DNA from: an uncultured Thermodesulfobacteriota bacterium
GTDB lineage: Bacteria > Desulfobacterota > Anaeroferrophillalia > Anaeroferrophillales > Tharpellaceae
Assembly: GCA_964457755.1 (NCBI GenBank)
Contig: CAYWGC010000001.1
Location: 64,332-128,331 of the forward strand
Direction: 5' to 3'
Length of the DNA: 64,000 nucleotides
Of this stretch, positions 27,052 through 37,885 are shown piece by piece; position 1 is the stretch's first letter; every line of letters begins with the position of its first letter. Both the position numbers and the translations under genes were made by a program. Under the pieces are notes generated by a model, which saw only the letters and a list, made by a program, of their open reading frames with translations, had not been told where the DNA came from and did no database searches.

Positions 27052-30000
27052 CCCCCGCCCCCCGGAGTTTCAATGCGCAGACGATCACCGACCATGGCTT
27101 TGACCTCATTTTTACCGCCTAAATTAACTTTGCGGCCGTCGGCCCGAATAAAAGTATTGCGCCCCCGTTCTCCAGGACTGCCTCCATTAAGACCATAGGG
27201 CGCAAAGACCCGACGTTCGGAAAGAATTGCGGCATTTAAGGGGGCTAGAAATTCGATCTCCCGGATAAGACCATCACCGCCGCGAAATTGCCCGGCACCG
27301 CCCGAATCGGAACGTAAAGAGAACTTGCGCAAGAGAACCGGATAGCGACGTTCCAAAATTTCGGGATCGGTAATCCGGGTATTAGTCATATGGGAATGAA
27401 CCCCGGATTGCCCGTGCCAACCGGGACCGGCCCCGGCCCCACCACCTAAAGTTTCGTAATAACCGAAGTTCTGATTCCCGAAGGTCAGATTGTTCATACA
27501 ACCTTGGGATGCTGCAGCAACCCCGAAAGCTTTTAAGATAACATCAACAACCCGTTGTGATGTCAAAACATTACCGCCAACCACCGCCGCTTCGGGATCG
27601 GGATCAAGCAGGCAGCCGGGTTCAACCCGAATCGTAATCGGCACCAATACTCCATGATTTAAAGGGAGCTCCTCTTTGATCAGGCAGCGCAGGGCATAAA
27701 GAATCGCCGATTTGGTGACCGCTAAGGGGGCATTGGTGTTGCCCCAGACCTGGAGGCCGGTTCCGGCAAAATCAAAAATACCGCTGCCCTCTTTGCGATC
27801 AATCGTCAAGGTCAGACAAATCGGCGTCCCGTCATCCATAAAGTCCTGAGCCCGGATCACGGCAGACTGCAATTTGTCGTCGTCGCCACCAACAACCGTA
27901 GCGGCCAAATCTTTAAGACTTTTACGCACGGCCAACTCAGCCCTCTCCTGCACATGTTTCATATAGGCCTGAACCACGGCATAAGAGTAGTGCTCAACCA
28001 TCTCAAAAACAAGTTCAATGCCTTTGCGGTTGGCGGCAACCTGGGCCTTGAGATCGGAGAGGTTATCGGCCAGGGTCCGGGTGCCGCTGATCTGCTTCTC
28101 GTCAGCGGCCCGTGATAAGCCACCAGGCGCTTTCAACAAGGCGCTGATCCCCTCTTCCTGAAAAATCCCACCCTTAACCAGCTTAAAGGATTTAATCGCG
28201 GCCCCCTCCTCCGCCAGAGAGCGCGAAAAAGGCGGCATTGATCCCGGTGAGATACCGCCAATATCGGCATGATGACCACGGCTGGCAACAAAAAAGATCG
28301 CTCTGCCATCTTTTAAGACTGGAGTAATAACCGTAATATCGGGCAGATGACTGCCCCCGGTAGCAGGATGATTGGAAACTAAGACATCGCCTTCTTGAAA
28401 AATCCCGTTATGCAGACGGATCTGGGCTTTAACAGCTTCGCTCATGGCCCCTAAATGAACCGGCAGATGCGGAGCATTGGCGACCAGTTCACCACCGGGA
28501 CCGAAAAGGGCACAGGAAAAATCGAGACGCTCCTTGATATTAGTCGAAATCGAGGTCTTCTGCAGGGTGCGGCCCATCTGTTCGGCAATTGACATGAAAA
28601 GATTGCTGAAGATCGCCAGCTGGACCGGATCGACGGCAGTTGCCGCTGTAAGCTTAACCGCCCCGCCGCCAACCTCAATCTCGATATCACCGCTGGAACT
28701 TATTCGAGCCTGCGACTCCGGCTCGATCAGCACCGTAGCAGTATCATGCATAATCAGAGCGGGACCTGAAATTTCATCGCCGGCCAAAAGCTTTTCAAGA
28801 CGGTAAACCGGAGTTTGTAACCAGCCCTCGGCAAAATAACAGGAGACTGAGCGCTCAGGCAGAGCCGGGGCCACCGACACCATCAATTCATGACTGCGAA
28901 GACCGGCCCCGGCGGCAACTGAACGTACCCTTATATCATCAACTACAATCTCACGGCCACTTAAGACAAAACCAAATTCACGTTGATAGAGATTGGCAAA
29001 TTTCCCGGCAAAATCGCCATCCTCAGGAACAGCTACCATCAAAGCGGTGTCGGTTCCCTGATAACGCAGATTCAGATAGAGGGTTGAACTGATTAGAGCC
29101 AAGGCAAAACCCTGACTTGCAAGTTCAGCTTCTCCATCCTGGCGTAGTTCGGCAAGGCTGTCAAATAAGCCGGGCCGACTCTCATCCGAAAAAATCCCGG
29201 CTGCCGGGCGCTGCCTTTCAACGACAACATCTGCCAATCCCATACCGTAAGCTGATAAAATCCCGGCATAACGGTGGATCACAATCTTTTTGATACCTAA
29301 AGCCCGGGCCACGGCGACCGCGTGCTGCGGCCCGGCACCACCAAAAGTCGCTAAAACATGCTCTTTTATATCGAAACCGCGCAAGACCGAAATCTCGTGA
29401 ATCGGCCGCACCATCACCTCATTGGCAACCTGAATAAATCCGAGGGCAACCTCTTCGAGAGTCATGGGACGACGGCCTTGTTTAGCATAATCCCGATTAA
29501 TAACTTCGGTCAAACTGGCAAAAGCCCGGCGCGAAGCCTCAAGATCTAAGGCCAAATCCTCATCAGGGCCAAAAATATGGGGGAAATCATCCGGCTGCAA
29601 TCTTCCCAGAACCAGATTGGCATCGGTCAACGCCAGATACCCACCTTTGCGATAACAGACCGGCCCCGGATGGGCTCCAGCCGATTCCGGCCCGACCTTA
29701 AGCATGCCATTATCATAGAAGAGGCGCGAGCCGCCCCCGGCAGCCACGGTTTTAATATGAAGCTGCGGCGCCTGCACCCGAACCCCGGCGGTTTCAGTCT
29801 CATGCACCAGTTCATAATCACCCCCAAACCGGGAAACATCGGTTGAAGTCCCGCCCATGTCAAAACCTATAACCTGAGTTTTAAGGCCCTCTTTGGTAAA
29901 AGCACTGGAGGTCTTGGCATAACCCACAACCCCACCAGCCGGTCCCGAAAGAATCGCCCGACTGCCGGTAAAATCATGCGCTGCTGTCAAACCACCATCA

Positions 30001-30821
30001 GAGCGCATAAACTGCAGATTACAACCGGCCAGCCCATCCTTGAAACCCCGACGAAAACTTTCAAGATAAGTCCGGATATGAGGGGTCAGGTAGGCATCAA
30101 CCATTGCCGTATCACCACGCGGTACCATTCTGACCATCGCCATCACCTGGGAAGAGAGAGAAATCTGGCTAAAACCGACCTCACGGGCCAGCTCACCAAT
30201 CAGCAACTCGTGTTCGGACCAGGCATAAGCGTGGATCAAGACCACCGCCAGGCTCTCTATCCCTTTGGCCTTTAAGGCCCGCAAAGCCACCTTTATTTTA
30301 TCGGGATCGGGTTTTGCCAAAACCCCAAGCCGCTCTCCAGTAATCCCGGTAACGACCCTCAGACCCTCAAGAATTTTTGGATCTTCATCATCACGCAGCA
30401 ATCGGAGCCTCTCATCGACCTCGACGACCTCTTCATAAAGCAGCTCCGGTTTTCTGATCTCAAGATCAAAAAGCAGTGGCCGATCCTGGTTACCAATTTT
30501 AAGGATATCGCGAAACCCTCGGGTGACCAGTAGAGCGCAACGGGCCCCCTCTCTTTCAAGTAAGGCATTGGTCGCGACCGTAGTCCCCATGCGAATCCAT
30601 TCGATCTCTTGGGTCGGCAACTCTTGGGCCTTGAGATCCCGACCTTTAACCGCAGAGATAATCCGGCGAATCCCTTCGCGCGGGGCATCAGGATAGTTCT
30701 TAGGATCTTCAGAGAGCAGTTTCACAACCCGGACTCCAGACTCCCCCGGCACCTCGGCATAGATATCGGTAAAGGTGCCACCCCGGTCAATAGCAAAACG
30801 AAATTTGTCCGCTTTAAACAT
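27036..30821 (-). CDS. 5-oxoprolinase (ATP-hydrolysing), fused hydantoinase A/B (HyuA-HyuB) type
   Basis: About 1260 aa. N-terminal hydantoinase A motif [13 protein letters not shown] and a C-terminal hydantoinase B domain. The ORF is open to 30890. The start was chosen at MFKADKFRF. Confidence 0.85.
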   Translation of the reverse strand: MFKADKFRFAIDRGGTFTDIYAEVPGESGVRVVKLLSEDPKNYPDAPREGIRRIISAVKGRDLKAQELPTQEIEWIRMGTTVATNALLEREGARCALLVTRGFRDILKIGNQDRPLLFDLEIRKPELLYEEVVEVDERLRLLRDDEDPKILEGLRVVTGITGERLGVLAKPDPDKIKVALRALKAKGIESLAVVLIHAYAWSEHELLIGELAREVGFSQISLSSQVMAMVRMVPRGDTAMVDAYLTPHIRTYLESFRRGFKDGLAGCNLQFMRSDGGLTAAHDFTGSRAILSGPAGGVVGYAKTSSAFTKEGLKTQVIGFDMGGTSTDVSRFGGDYELVHETETAGVRVQAPQLHIKTVAAGGGSRLFYDNGMLKVGPESAGAHPGPVCYRKGGYLALTDANLVLGRLQPDDFPHIFGPDEDLALDLEASRRAFASLTEVINRDYAKQGRRPMTLEEVALGFIQVANEVMVRPIHEISVLRGFDIKEHVLATFGGAGPQHAVAVARALGIKKIVIHRYAGILSAYGMGLADVVVERQRPAAGIFSDESRPGLFDSLAELRQDGEAELASQGFALALISSTLYLNLRYQGTDTALMVAVPEDGDFAGKFANLYQREFGFVLSGREIVVDDIRVRSVAAGAGLRSHELMVSVAPALPERSVSCYFAEGWLQTPVYRLEKLLAGDEISGPALIMHDTATVLIEPESQARISSSGDIEIEVGGGAVKLTAATAVDPVQLAIFSNLFMSIAEQMGRTLQKTSISTNIKERLDFSCALFGPGGELVANAPHLPVHLGAMSEAVKAQIRLHNGIFQEGDVLVSNHPATGGSHLPDITVITPVLKDGRAIFFVASRGHHADIGGISPGSMPPFSRSLAEEGAAIKSFKLVKGGIFQEEGISALLKAPGGLSRAADEKQISGTRTLADNLSDLKAQVAANRKGIELVFEMVEHYSYAVVQAYMKHVQERAELAVRKSLKDLAATVVGGDDDKLQSAVIRAQDFMDDGTPICLTLTIDRKEGSGIFDFAGTGLQVWGNTNAPLAVTKSAILYALRCLIKEELPLNHGVLVPITIRVEPGCLLDPDPEAAVVGGNVLTSQRVVDVILKAFGVAAASQGCMNNLTFGNQNFGYYETLGGGAGAGPGWHGQSGVHSHMTNTRITDPEILERRYPVLLRKFSLRSDSGGAGQFRGGDGLIREIEFLAPLNAAILSERRVFAPYGLNGGSPGERGRNTFIRADGRKVNLGGKNEVKAMVGDRLRIETPGGGGYGVL

Positions 30822-31161
30822 TATTTTTACAATTTTGATGACACAACAGAAAACTACAAGAAGAGAGTGTAAACTGCAATCGGAGAGCAACTACGTTTAT
30901 CAAAAATCGCGTTCCATGAATTAGTCGTTAAGCTCAGAAATCTGACTCAACGCCCTAAACCATTCAAACCTTTACCAACAACAAGAATTTTTCAGCCTTG
31001 AAAAAATACTATACAAAAAGAGCTGCCTGTTTCAAAGGGGACCCATCAACCAACCTTATGGATATAATAACCCACAGTTTATTTTCCACTCTCATCAAGA
31101 GAGTAATAATACGTGGCAAATTATAAGTCAATATTAAACCTCAAATAAGAATAATGATAAC

Positions 31162-32223
31162 TCAATTATCTTTGGTTGAGTGACAAATAAAACAACCGCT
31201 GCTACTCTCCCCTCCACCGGCAGTAATAGCTGTATAATCCCAACGCAAAATATCAGGGTAATCTGACCCATGTGCCTTATGACATGAAAGACAGGTTACG
31301 ATGTCAGTGCCCGGAGTTACAATATTATTATCTCCACCTGAAACTGCCGGCACTATTTCCCGACCCACGGGGGCATCAATATTATAGGTTGTATAACTAG
31401 CATATTCTCCTGCATCAGGAATGATAATATCTGAAGGGTGGCGGATCCATATACCATCCCCTGCAGTGTCAATATCATGCATCTTCCAGTGACATTTAGT
31501 ACAGAAATCAGAGATAGTTGAATGTATCGGCAAACCATCTGCAGCACCATGATGCGCACTATGACAATTTGTACAAAGGAGTCCTGAATAGGGCTCCTTG
31601 TGGCCGTGGTATTCATTGTGATGGGAACTGTCCCGATTCTCCCAGTCATCAATTTCTCCACCGACAACCCTGTCAATAAAGCGGTAACTGGTACCAACGC
31701 TTCGACCGTCGATGACACTACTGACTTCGTGATGGGCCCCTGATAGCGAAATCAAGGCATCAGTCTCAGCAACCGACCCGTGACAACCATTCAAGCCAGC
31801 GCAGGTCAGTTTTTCTCGCAGTGGCGCGTGGCCACCTCCTGGAGGTTTCTCCAAGACATTCTCCAGGTAGCCAAAATCTATAACGTTATGCCCTTTAGCA
31901 TCGTCTGCCCCAGACCCCTTACCCCCCCATATATAGGCAAAATTTCCGGCGGCGAGGTCCGTCGCATCAATATGACTGACCTGAGGCATACCATCTACAA
32001 TCCGAGAACTCCCACCCTGGGCATGACACCCGAGACAGGTACCACGGAGAAGGAATGAATTTGGAGTTGCACTGCTATCGAAAGTCATCGCTAAATTGTT
32101 TTGGGAATTGTGCATAGTATGACAATCTGAACAGGGACCGGTTACTTGAGAGGCAGCGGCAGAAGCCATCATGAACACTATAAACAAAACACAGCCTAGT
32201 TTTAACTGTATCTCCTTAAGCAT
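31162..32223 (-). CDS. Secreted multiheme cytochrome c
   Basis: 353 aa with a signal peptide. Six CXXCH motifs (CSDCH, CLGCH, CTNCH, CTKCH, CLSCH, CFICH) and one possible non-canonical CX5CH (CAGLNGCH). Gly/Asp-rich. Confidence 0.85.
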   Translation of the reverse strand: MLKEIQLKLGCVLFIVFMMASAAASQVTGPCSDCHTMHNSQNNLAMTFDSSATPNSFLLRGTCLGCHAQGGSSRIVDGMPQVSHIDATDLAAGNFAYIWGGKGSGADDAKGHNVIDFGYLENVLEKPPGGGHAPLREKLTCAGLNGCHGSVAETDALISLSGAHHEVSSVIDGRSVGTSYRFIDRVVGGEIDDWENRDSSHHNEYHGHKEPYSGLLCTNCHSAHHGAADGLPIHSTISDFCTKCHWKMHDIDTAGDGIWIRHPSDIIIPDAGEYASYTTYNIDAPVGREIVPAVSGGDNNIVTPGTDIVTCLSCHKAHGSDYPDILRWDYTAITAGGGESSSGCFICHSTKDN

Positions 32224-32448
32224 GGCAATACCCCTAAAGCAAACGTGTTATGCTATTGTTAAATACTACACTAGCATAACCAAGTCTTTTAGTAAAGTAT
32301 TACTTGCCCCACAATTCACAATACCTGCAAAAGCCAAACAAAACGAAAGAATGCTGGAGGACTAAACCATAATCCGGAAGACACGCATTGCTGATCTGCC
32401 TGAATTTGACATGGCCAGCCAGCTAAAAGATAAAGAGAGCAGCGCCGC

Positions 32449-32470
32449 CTCGATAACCATGGTTATCGAG
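32449..32470. promoter_or_regulatory. Perfect 22-bp palindrome CTCGATAACCATGGTTATCGAG, about 225 bp upstream of the multiheme cytochrome gene (candidate operator)
   Basis: Exact reverse-complement symmetry, seen directly. GC-rich flanks gcgccgc/gacgccgcc. Lies in the 360-bp pepA-to-cytochrome intergenic region. No U-tract on either strand, so not a terminator. Confidence 0.35.
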
Positions 32471-32585
32471 GATGGAGACGCCGCCGAGTTTGCTCAGAGT
32501 AGAGCGCCGACATGCAGCCAGAGGTTGTTTACCACCCTAGAGGTGGACGGTATAAAATCCTGACTTTTTGTGGAAACTCTAGATA

Positions 32586-34073
32586 TCACTGCGCCAGATT
32601 TTTGACCAATCCGGCCATAAGCCGGGCTCCAAAACCGGTGGCACCGGGAGCGAAATATTTCCATTTTTTTCCGGGATAGGCGGGACCGGCGATATCGAGA
32701 TGAGCCCAAGGGATATCTTCGGGAACAAATTCGCTTAAAAAAAGTGATGCCGTAATCGTCCCGCCATAGGCGCTATTACCGATATTGGAGATATCGGCAA
32801 AATCGGATTTCATATCTTCGAGGTAGGCTTTTTCAAGCGGCAACTCCCAGATAATCTCGCCACTCTCCTCACCCGACTTGATAAGGCGCTCAATCAGCTC
32901 CCGATCACGCCCTAAAACGGCAGCCACCTGAATCCCCAAAGCCACGCGGCAGGCCCCAGTCAGGGTTGCGGCATCGACCATGTAATCGGGTTGTAAAGAG
33001 GCCCCGAGCTGCAGGGCATCAACCAGAATAAGACGACCCTCAGCGTCAGTATTTTTAACTTCCACCGATTTGCCATTTTTCATAACAATAATATCGCCCG
33101 GCGCCTGGGCCTCACCACTCGGCATATTTTCCGCCAGCGCTAAGATCCCGGTAACCTTGACCTGGGCCCCGAGCTGACCGATAATCTCTAAGGCGCCAAG
33201 CACAGCGGCGGCCCCGGCCATATCAGATTTCATATCGACCATAGAGGCTCCCGGTTTGAGCGAAAGTCCACCGGAATCAAAAGTAATCCCTTTACCCACC
33301 AGAACCACATGGGGGATAGCCACGGATTTTGACTCTAAAGCTTCCGGTTCATAGGTCAGCGTTACCATGCGCGGAGGCTTACAACTGCCCCGGCCAACCG
33401 CTAAAAGACCATTATAACCCTCTTTTAAGAGACGATTTTCATCCCAAAGATCGATCTGCAAACCATATCTACCGGCGCTTTTTACCGCCTCATCAACAAA
33501 CTCTTCCGGTCCCAAAAAAGCGGGTGGATGGTTAACCAGATCACGCACCCGATTAACCGTCAAAGAGACCGTTTCAATCCGTTGCAAATCCGCCTGAATA
33601 AGAGGCAGATCGAGACCACCGACCACAAAAACCACCTCCGGATAAAAAGCCACTTTCGCTTTGTCTTTTGTTGCGGCCTTAAATTGCTCATAAACATAGG
33701 CACCGAGAACAATCCCTTCCAGCGCTTTTTTATGAAAACCACTGGCATCCGGTGCATCAAGGACCAGCATCAAGGGCGAAATTTTAAGCGCTACAGCCTC
33801 TTTATAAGCCTGCAGAGCCCCGCATTTTACGGCTTCCCAGATATTGAGATGTTTAAATTGATTAAGCGGCACGAAGAAGTCAGCTGAGATTAGTTGCGGA
33901 CCACTCAAAAGGAGAGATTTATCAAGTTCACGCTCCTTGAAAACCTTTAATTTTTCTGCCAACTCCTGATAATGCGTAAAAAATTCATGTTTTTCAGAAA
34001 TAAGAAAAGCCCGCAGGCCCGGATCTGCAACAGGTAACGATTTTTCGACCCGCCAAACAATTTGCTTTGCCAT
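32586..34073 (-). CDS. pepA: Leucyl aminopeptidase (M17 family)
   Basis: 495 aa. Catalytic-domain motifs NTDAEGRL and VVLVGKGITFDSGG. Confidence 0.9.
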   Translation of the reverse strand: MAKQIVWRVEKSLPVADPGLRAFLISEKHEFFTHYQELAEKLKVFKERELDKSLLLSGPQLISADFFVPLNQFKHLNIWEAVKCGALQAYKEAVALKISPLMLVLDAPDASGFHKKALEGIVLGAYVYEQFKAATKDKAKVAFYPEVVFVVGGLDLPLIQADLQRIETVSLTVNRVRDLVNHPPAFLGPEEFVDEAVKSAGRYGLQIDLWDENRLLKEGYNGLLAVGRGSCKPPRMVTLTYEPEALESKSVAIPHVVLVGKGITFDSGGLSLKPGASMVDMKSDMAGAAAVLGALEIIGQLGAQVKVTGILALAENMPSGEAQAPGDIIVMKNGKSVEVKNTDAEGRLILVDALQLGASLQPDYMVDAATLTGACRVALGIQVAAVLGRDRELIERLIKSGEESGEIIWELPLEKAYLEDMKSDFADISNIGNSAYGGTITASLFLSEFVPEDIPWAHLDIAGPAYPGKKWKYFAPGATGFGARLMAGLVKNLAQ

Positions 34074-34074
34074 A

Positions 34075-34785
34075 TTACTCCCCTAAATAGGCCTCTTTGA
34101 CCCGTTCATCACACAATAATTCTTGCGCCGGCGCCTCCAGAATGATCTTGCCGGTCTCCATCACATAACCATAATCCGCCAGATTAAGGGCGGCGTGAGC
34201 GTTCTGTTCAACCAATAGGATGGTAATTCCCTCCCCGGCAATGCGCTCAATAATCGAAAAGATCTTTTCCACCATCAGAGGGGCAAGCCCGAGAGATGGT
34301 TCATCGAGCAGTAACAACTGCGGCTGCGACATCAGAGCGCGACCAATCGCCAGCATCTGCTGTTCACCTCCGGAAAGCGTACCCCCAGCTTGCCGACGCC
34401 GTTCGCCTAAGACCGGAAAGAGATCATAAACCATCTCAAGATCTGCCGCAATCGCCGATTTTACGCGCCGGCAATAGGCTCCCATCTCAAGATTTTCCTG
34501 AATTGTCAAGCCCGGGAAGATGCGCCGCCCCTCCGGGACCTGACAGAGCCCGGCTTTGACAATATCGTCGGGCGCCCGGCCTTTAAGGGTCGTCCCATGA
34601 TAAAAAACTTCGCCTTGCTGGGGTTTAAAGATCGCACTGATCGCCATCAAGGTTGTCGATTTACCCGCCCCATTGGCCCCGATCAGGGTTCTGATCTCGC
34701 CGGCATAAACCTCAAGGTTAACCCCCTTCAAAGCATGGATATTGCCATAATAGTAATGAATATCTTTAAGCTTCAGCAGCGGCAT
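34075..34785 (-). CDS. livF: Branched-chain amino acid ABC transporter ATP-binding protein LivF
   Basis: 236 aa. GANGAGKST, LSGGEQQMLAIGRAL, LLLDEPSLGLAP. Confidence 0.85.
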   Translation of the reverse strand: MPLLKLKDIHYYYGNIHALKGVNLEVYAGEIRTLIGANGAGKSTTLMAISAIFKPQQGEVFYHGTTLKGRAPDDIVKAGLCQVPEGRRIFPGLTIQENLEMGAYCRRVKSAIAADLEMVYDLFPVLGERRRQAGGTLSGGEQQMLAIGRALMSQPQLLLLDEPSLGLAPLMVEKIFSIIERIAGEGITILLVEQNAHAALNLADYGYVMETGKIILEAPAQELLCDERVKEAYLGE

Positions 34786-35998
34786 GCTGGGCTCCTAAAT
34801 AGGCTTCAATAACTTTAGGGTTGCGGCGCACTTCAGACGGGGTACCGGAAGCGATCAACTCACCATGATCAAGAACATAGATACGATCGGCCAGATTCAT
34901 TATCACCTTCATATCATGTTCAATAATCAGAACTGCAATTCCGGCCTGACTGATCCGACGCACCAGAGTAATAAGCGCGGCCGATTCGGTCGGATTCATC
35001 CCGGCCGCCGGTTCATCTAAAAGCAGCAGTTTAGGTTCAGTGGCCAACGCCCGGGCAATTTCAAGGCGACGTTGATCTCCGTAAGGCAACGAACCGGCCC
35101 GACTCTTAAGCTGTTCACCAAGACCGACAAACTTTAAACACTCCGTTGCTTTCGCAACTGAATCGCGCTCCTCTTTACGGGCCTGAGGCAGGCCCAGAAC
35201 AATACCGAAGAAATTGGCTCGGGTCCGGCAGTGACGCCCCAACTTGACATTATCAAGAGCCGAAAGGGAAGAGAAAAGCCGGATATTCTGAAAGGTGCGA
35301 CCAATCCCCAAGCGCGTGATAACATCGGCCCGCACATGTTGGCCAAAAGCTTCTTTGACCCGGGGCAGATTAAAGAGAAGAAGGAAAACCGGCGTTATAG
35401 TTAGAAGCACAAGGGCTCCCGGAACAAGCATTGGATAAAAAGGAAAAAGATCGAAAAAAGTAATCTCTGAAAAATCGGGACTGTGCCAAAGCCAGGAAGC
35501 GGCACAAACCCCATCAACCAAGGTAAAAATAATCAGCAACAGCCGACTCCAGGGCCGGAAATGCCTTAGAGGTTTAAGCAGATATATGCGAAAAAGGGCC
35601 AGCGTTGAGAGTGCCAGAACCGCTTCCATACGAAAAAAGGTCTCCGGCCAAACCACCCCTAAAGCCAGCGGCAGCCAGAGGAGAGAGAGCAGAGCAAAGA
35701 GCAGAGAGAAGCGGAAAATCAAGCGACCGGTCGCCGGAGTGACCTGGCTGACCAAACTGTGACCGGCAAAGGTGATCTCTCCCGAAGTCGGTACGGCAAC
35801 CGCATTGAGACAGTTAAAAAAAGTGGTTTTCCCAGCCCCGTTGGGACCGATCAGGCCGACAATTTCGCCGGCCCGAACCTCAAGCGAAACCTCTTTGACA
35901 GCTGTCAGGCCACCAAATCTTTTGACCACTTTTTGAGCCTTTAAAAGGAGCTCACCGGTTTTAGGTTCGGCCATCATCAGACCTTTACTCTTTTTCAA
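34766..35998 (-). CDS. livG: LivG-type ABC ATP-binding protein carrying a roughly 130-aa polytopic membrane insertion inside the ATPase domain
   Basis: 410 aa versus about 255 aa for canonical LivG. Walker A GPNGAGKTTFFN is followed by a hydrophobic block (…LIFRFSLLFALLSLLWLPLALGVVW…LLFNLP…) of about 4 predicted TM helices. The LivG motifs then resume: ITRLGIGRTFQNIRLF, signature YGDQRRLEIARAL, Walker B LLLLDEP. Confidence 0.8.
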   Translation of the reverse strand: MKKSKGLMMAEPKTGELLLKAQKVVKRFGGLTAVKEVSLEVRAGEIVGLIGPNGAGKTTFFNCLNAVAVPTSGEITFAGHSLVSQVTPATGRLIFRFSLLFALLSLLWLPLALGVVWPETFFRMEAVLALSTLALFRIYLLKPLRHFRPWSRLLLIIFTLVDGVCAASWLWHSPDFSEITFFDLFPFYPMLVPGALVLLTITPVFLLLFNLPRVKEAFGQHVRADVITRLGIGRTFQNIRLFSSLSALDNVKLGRHCRTRANFFGIVLGLPQARKEERDSVAKATECLKFVGLGEQLKSRAGSLPYGDQRRLEIARALATEPKLLLLDEPAAGMNPTESAALITLVRRISQAGIAVLIIEHDMKVIMNLADRIYVLDHGELIASGTPSEVRRNPKVIEAYLGAQHAAAEA

Positions 35999-36941
35999 CC
36001 GGCAGAAGGCCTGCCGGTCGCCACCGCATCATGAAGACGATAATCAGACCAAAAAGAAGATAGCGGGCGTTACTGAGTTCAGCCGGCAGGACAATTCTTA
36101 AAACTTCAGTTAAGGGAATCAAAACCAGAGCGCCCAGCAGGGCTCCGGTGATACTCCCCATACCCCCGAAAACGATGAGGCAGAGGATCAGGATTGATTC
36201 CCAGAATTTAAACATATCGGGATGAATAAAACGGAACCAGCGGGCATAAAAAGCCCCCGCCAGAGCCCCGATCGCGGCACTCAAAGCAAAAGCAATAATT
36301 TTATAGGTAGCGACATTGACACCGACACATTCGGCCGCAATCTCATCCTCGCGCACGGCAAACCAGGCCCGCCCCAAACGCGAGCTGCGAATCTTGACCA
36401 CCACCCATAAAACCAGAAGCAGGAAAAATAGAATCAGATAAAACGCCTGCCAGGGCTGATCAAGAACTCTGCCAAAGATATCGGGCCGCGCAATCCCCGG
36501 AACCCCCATGGGCCCCCGGGTCAACCAGAGCTCATTCCGAATAACCAGAATAATCAGCTCAGAGAAACCAAAGGTGACAATGGCAAAGTAATCATCAGAG
36601 AGCCTTAAAGTCGGAGCCCCGCGCAAGACGCCCCAGAAAGCGCCGTTAAGCGCCGCCAGAGGCAGTACCAGCCAGATACTCCATTGATAATGAACCGTCA
36701 AAAGACCGGCGGTATAGGCCCCCAGGCCAAAAAAACCGACGTATCCGAGATCGAGCAGACCGGTAAATCCGGGCACTACGTTAAGTCCTAAGGCGAGAAC
36801 CATATAGACCAGGGTTAAAGTAGCAACCCGGAGCACATAAGGCCCAGCACTCCCCATCGGCAGCCAGGGCAGAATTAGAACGACGGCCAGCAGTGGCAGG
36901 TAAAGTCTTTTATCGTTAAAGAGACGATCGTCTAAGTGCAT
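35985..36941 (-). CDS. livM: Branched-chain amino acid ABC transporter permease LivM
   Basis: 318 aa polytopic permease within the liv gene order. Confidence 0.8.
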   Translation of the reverse strand: MHLDDRLFNDKRLYLPLLAVVLILPWLPMGSAGPYVLRVATLTLVYMVLALGLNVVPGFTGLLDLGYVGFFGLGAYTAGLLTVHYQWSIWLVLPLAALNGAFWGVLRGAPTLRLSDDYFAIVTFGFSELIILVIRNELWLTRGPMGVPGIARPDIFGRVLDQPWQAFYLILFFLLLVLWVVVKIRSSRLGRAWFAVREDEIAAECVGVNVATYKIIAFALSAAIGALAGAFYARWFRFIHPDMFKFWESILILCLIVFGGMGSITGALLGALVLIPLTEVLRIVLPAELSNARYLLFGLIIVFMMRWRPAGLLPVEKE

Positions 36942-36952
36942 GGGTCAGTCAC

Positions 36953-37879
36953 CTAAGCTTTATCCCGTTGGTGGCGGCCAAAAAGACCGGTGGGTTTGAC
37001 CAGAATGACCAGAATCATCACCGCATAAGCGATACCGTTGCTGTAAGAGGATGAGATATAGCCACCGCCAAAAACTTCGGCCAGGCCCAAGATACCACCT
37101 CCTAAAATAGCCCCCGGAATACTGCCGATCCCCCCTAAAACAGCGGCGGCAAAGGCTTTGATGCCGGCAAAATAACCCATCGTCGGATAGACGGCATTAT
37201 AGTAAAGGCCGACCAGAATTCCGGCCACCCCGCCAAGACCGGATCCGATCGCAAAGGTATAGGAGACAACTCTATCAACGTTGACTCCCATCAAGGCTGC
37301 AGCTGTCTTATCCTGAGATATGGCCCGCATGGCCCGACCGATTCTCGTATAGTGAACAATCAGATGTAGAGCCAACATTAAAAAAATCGCTGTCGACAAA
37401 ATGACCACCTGTAACCAGCTGATCACCACATCACCTAGCAGCAATGCCGGTTCTGAAAAAAAAACGGGAATAGAGTTCTGGGGAAATGCCTGAATCTGTC
37501 CTCCCCAGATCAACAGGGCCAGATTCTGGAGGAAAATAGACATACCGATAGCCGTTATCAAAGCTGCCAGGCGGGGCGCCCGACGCAAAGGGCGATAAGC
37601 GACAATATCGAGCAAAACCCCGGCCAAGGCACAAGCTAATACAGATAAGACGACAGCCAGGCCGAAAGGCAATCCGAAACCAAAAAATCCGGAAAGCAGA
37701 GAAAAGCTGAGAAAGGCGCCCATCATATAAATTTCACCATGGGCAAAATTTATGAGCTGAATAACCCCATAGACCATCGTATAGCCGACAGCAATCAGGG
37801 CATAGATACTCCCTAAGGTTATGCCGTTAACCAATTGCTGAAGAAAAAGGGAAGATTGTTCTAAAATTGCAGCAAGCAT
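36953..37879 (-). CDS. livH: Branched-chain amino acid ABC transporter permease LivH
   Basis: 308 aa polytopic permease. N-terminal LQQLVNGITLGSIYALIAVGYTMVYG is a typical LivH start. Confidence 0.85.
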   Translation of the reverse strand: MLAAILEQSSLFLQQLVNGITLGSIYALIAVGYTMVYGVIQLINFAHGEIYMMGAFLSFSLLSGFFGFGLPFGLAVVLSVLACALAGVLLDIVAYRPLRRAPRLAALITAIGMSIFLQNLALLIWGGQIQAFPQNSIPVFFSEPALLLGDVVISWLQVVILSTAIFLMLALHLIVHYTRIGRAMRAISQDKTAAALMGVNVDRVVSYTFAIGSGLGGVAGILVGLYYNAVYPTMGYFAGIKAFAAAVLGGIGSIPGAILGGGILGLAEVFGGGYISSSYSNGIAYAVMILVILVKPTGLFGRHQRDKA

Positions 37880-37885
37880 AAAAAT

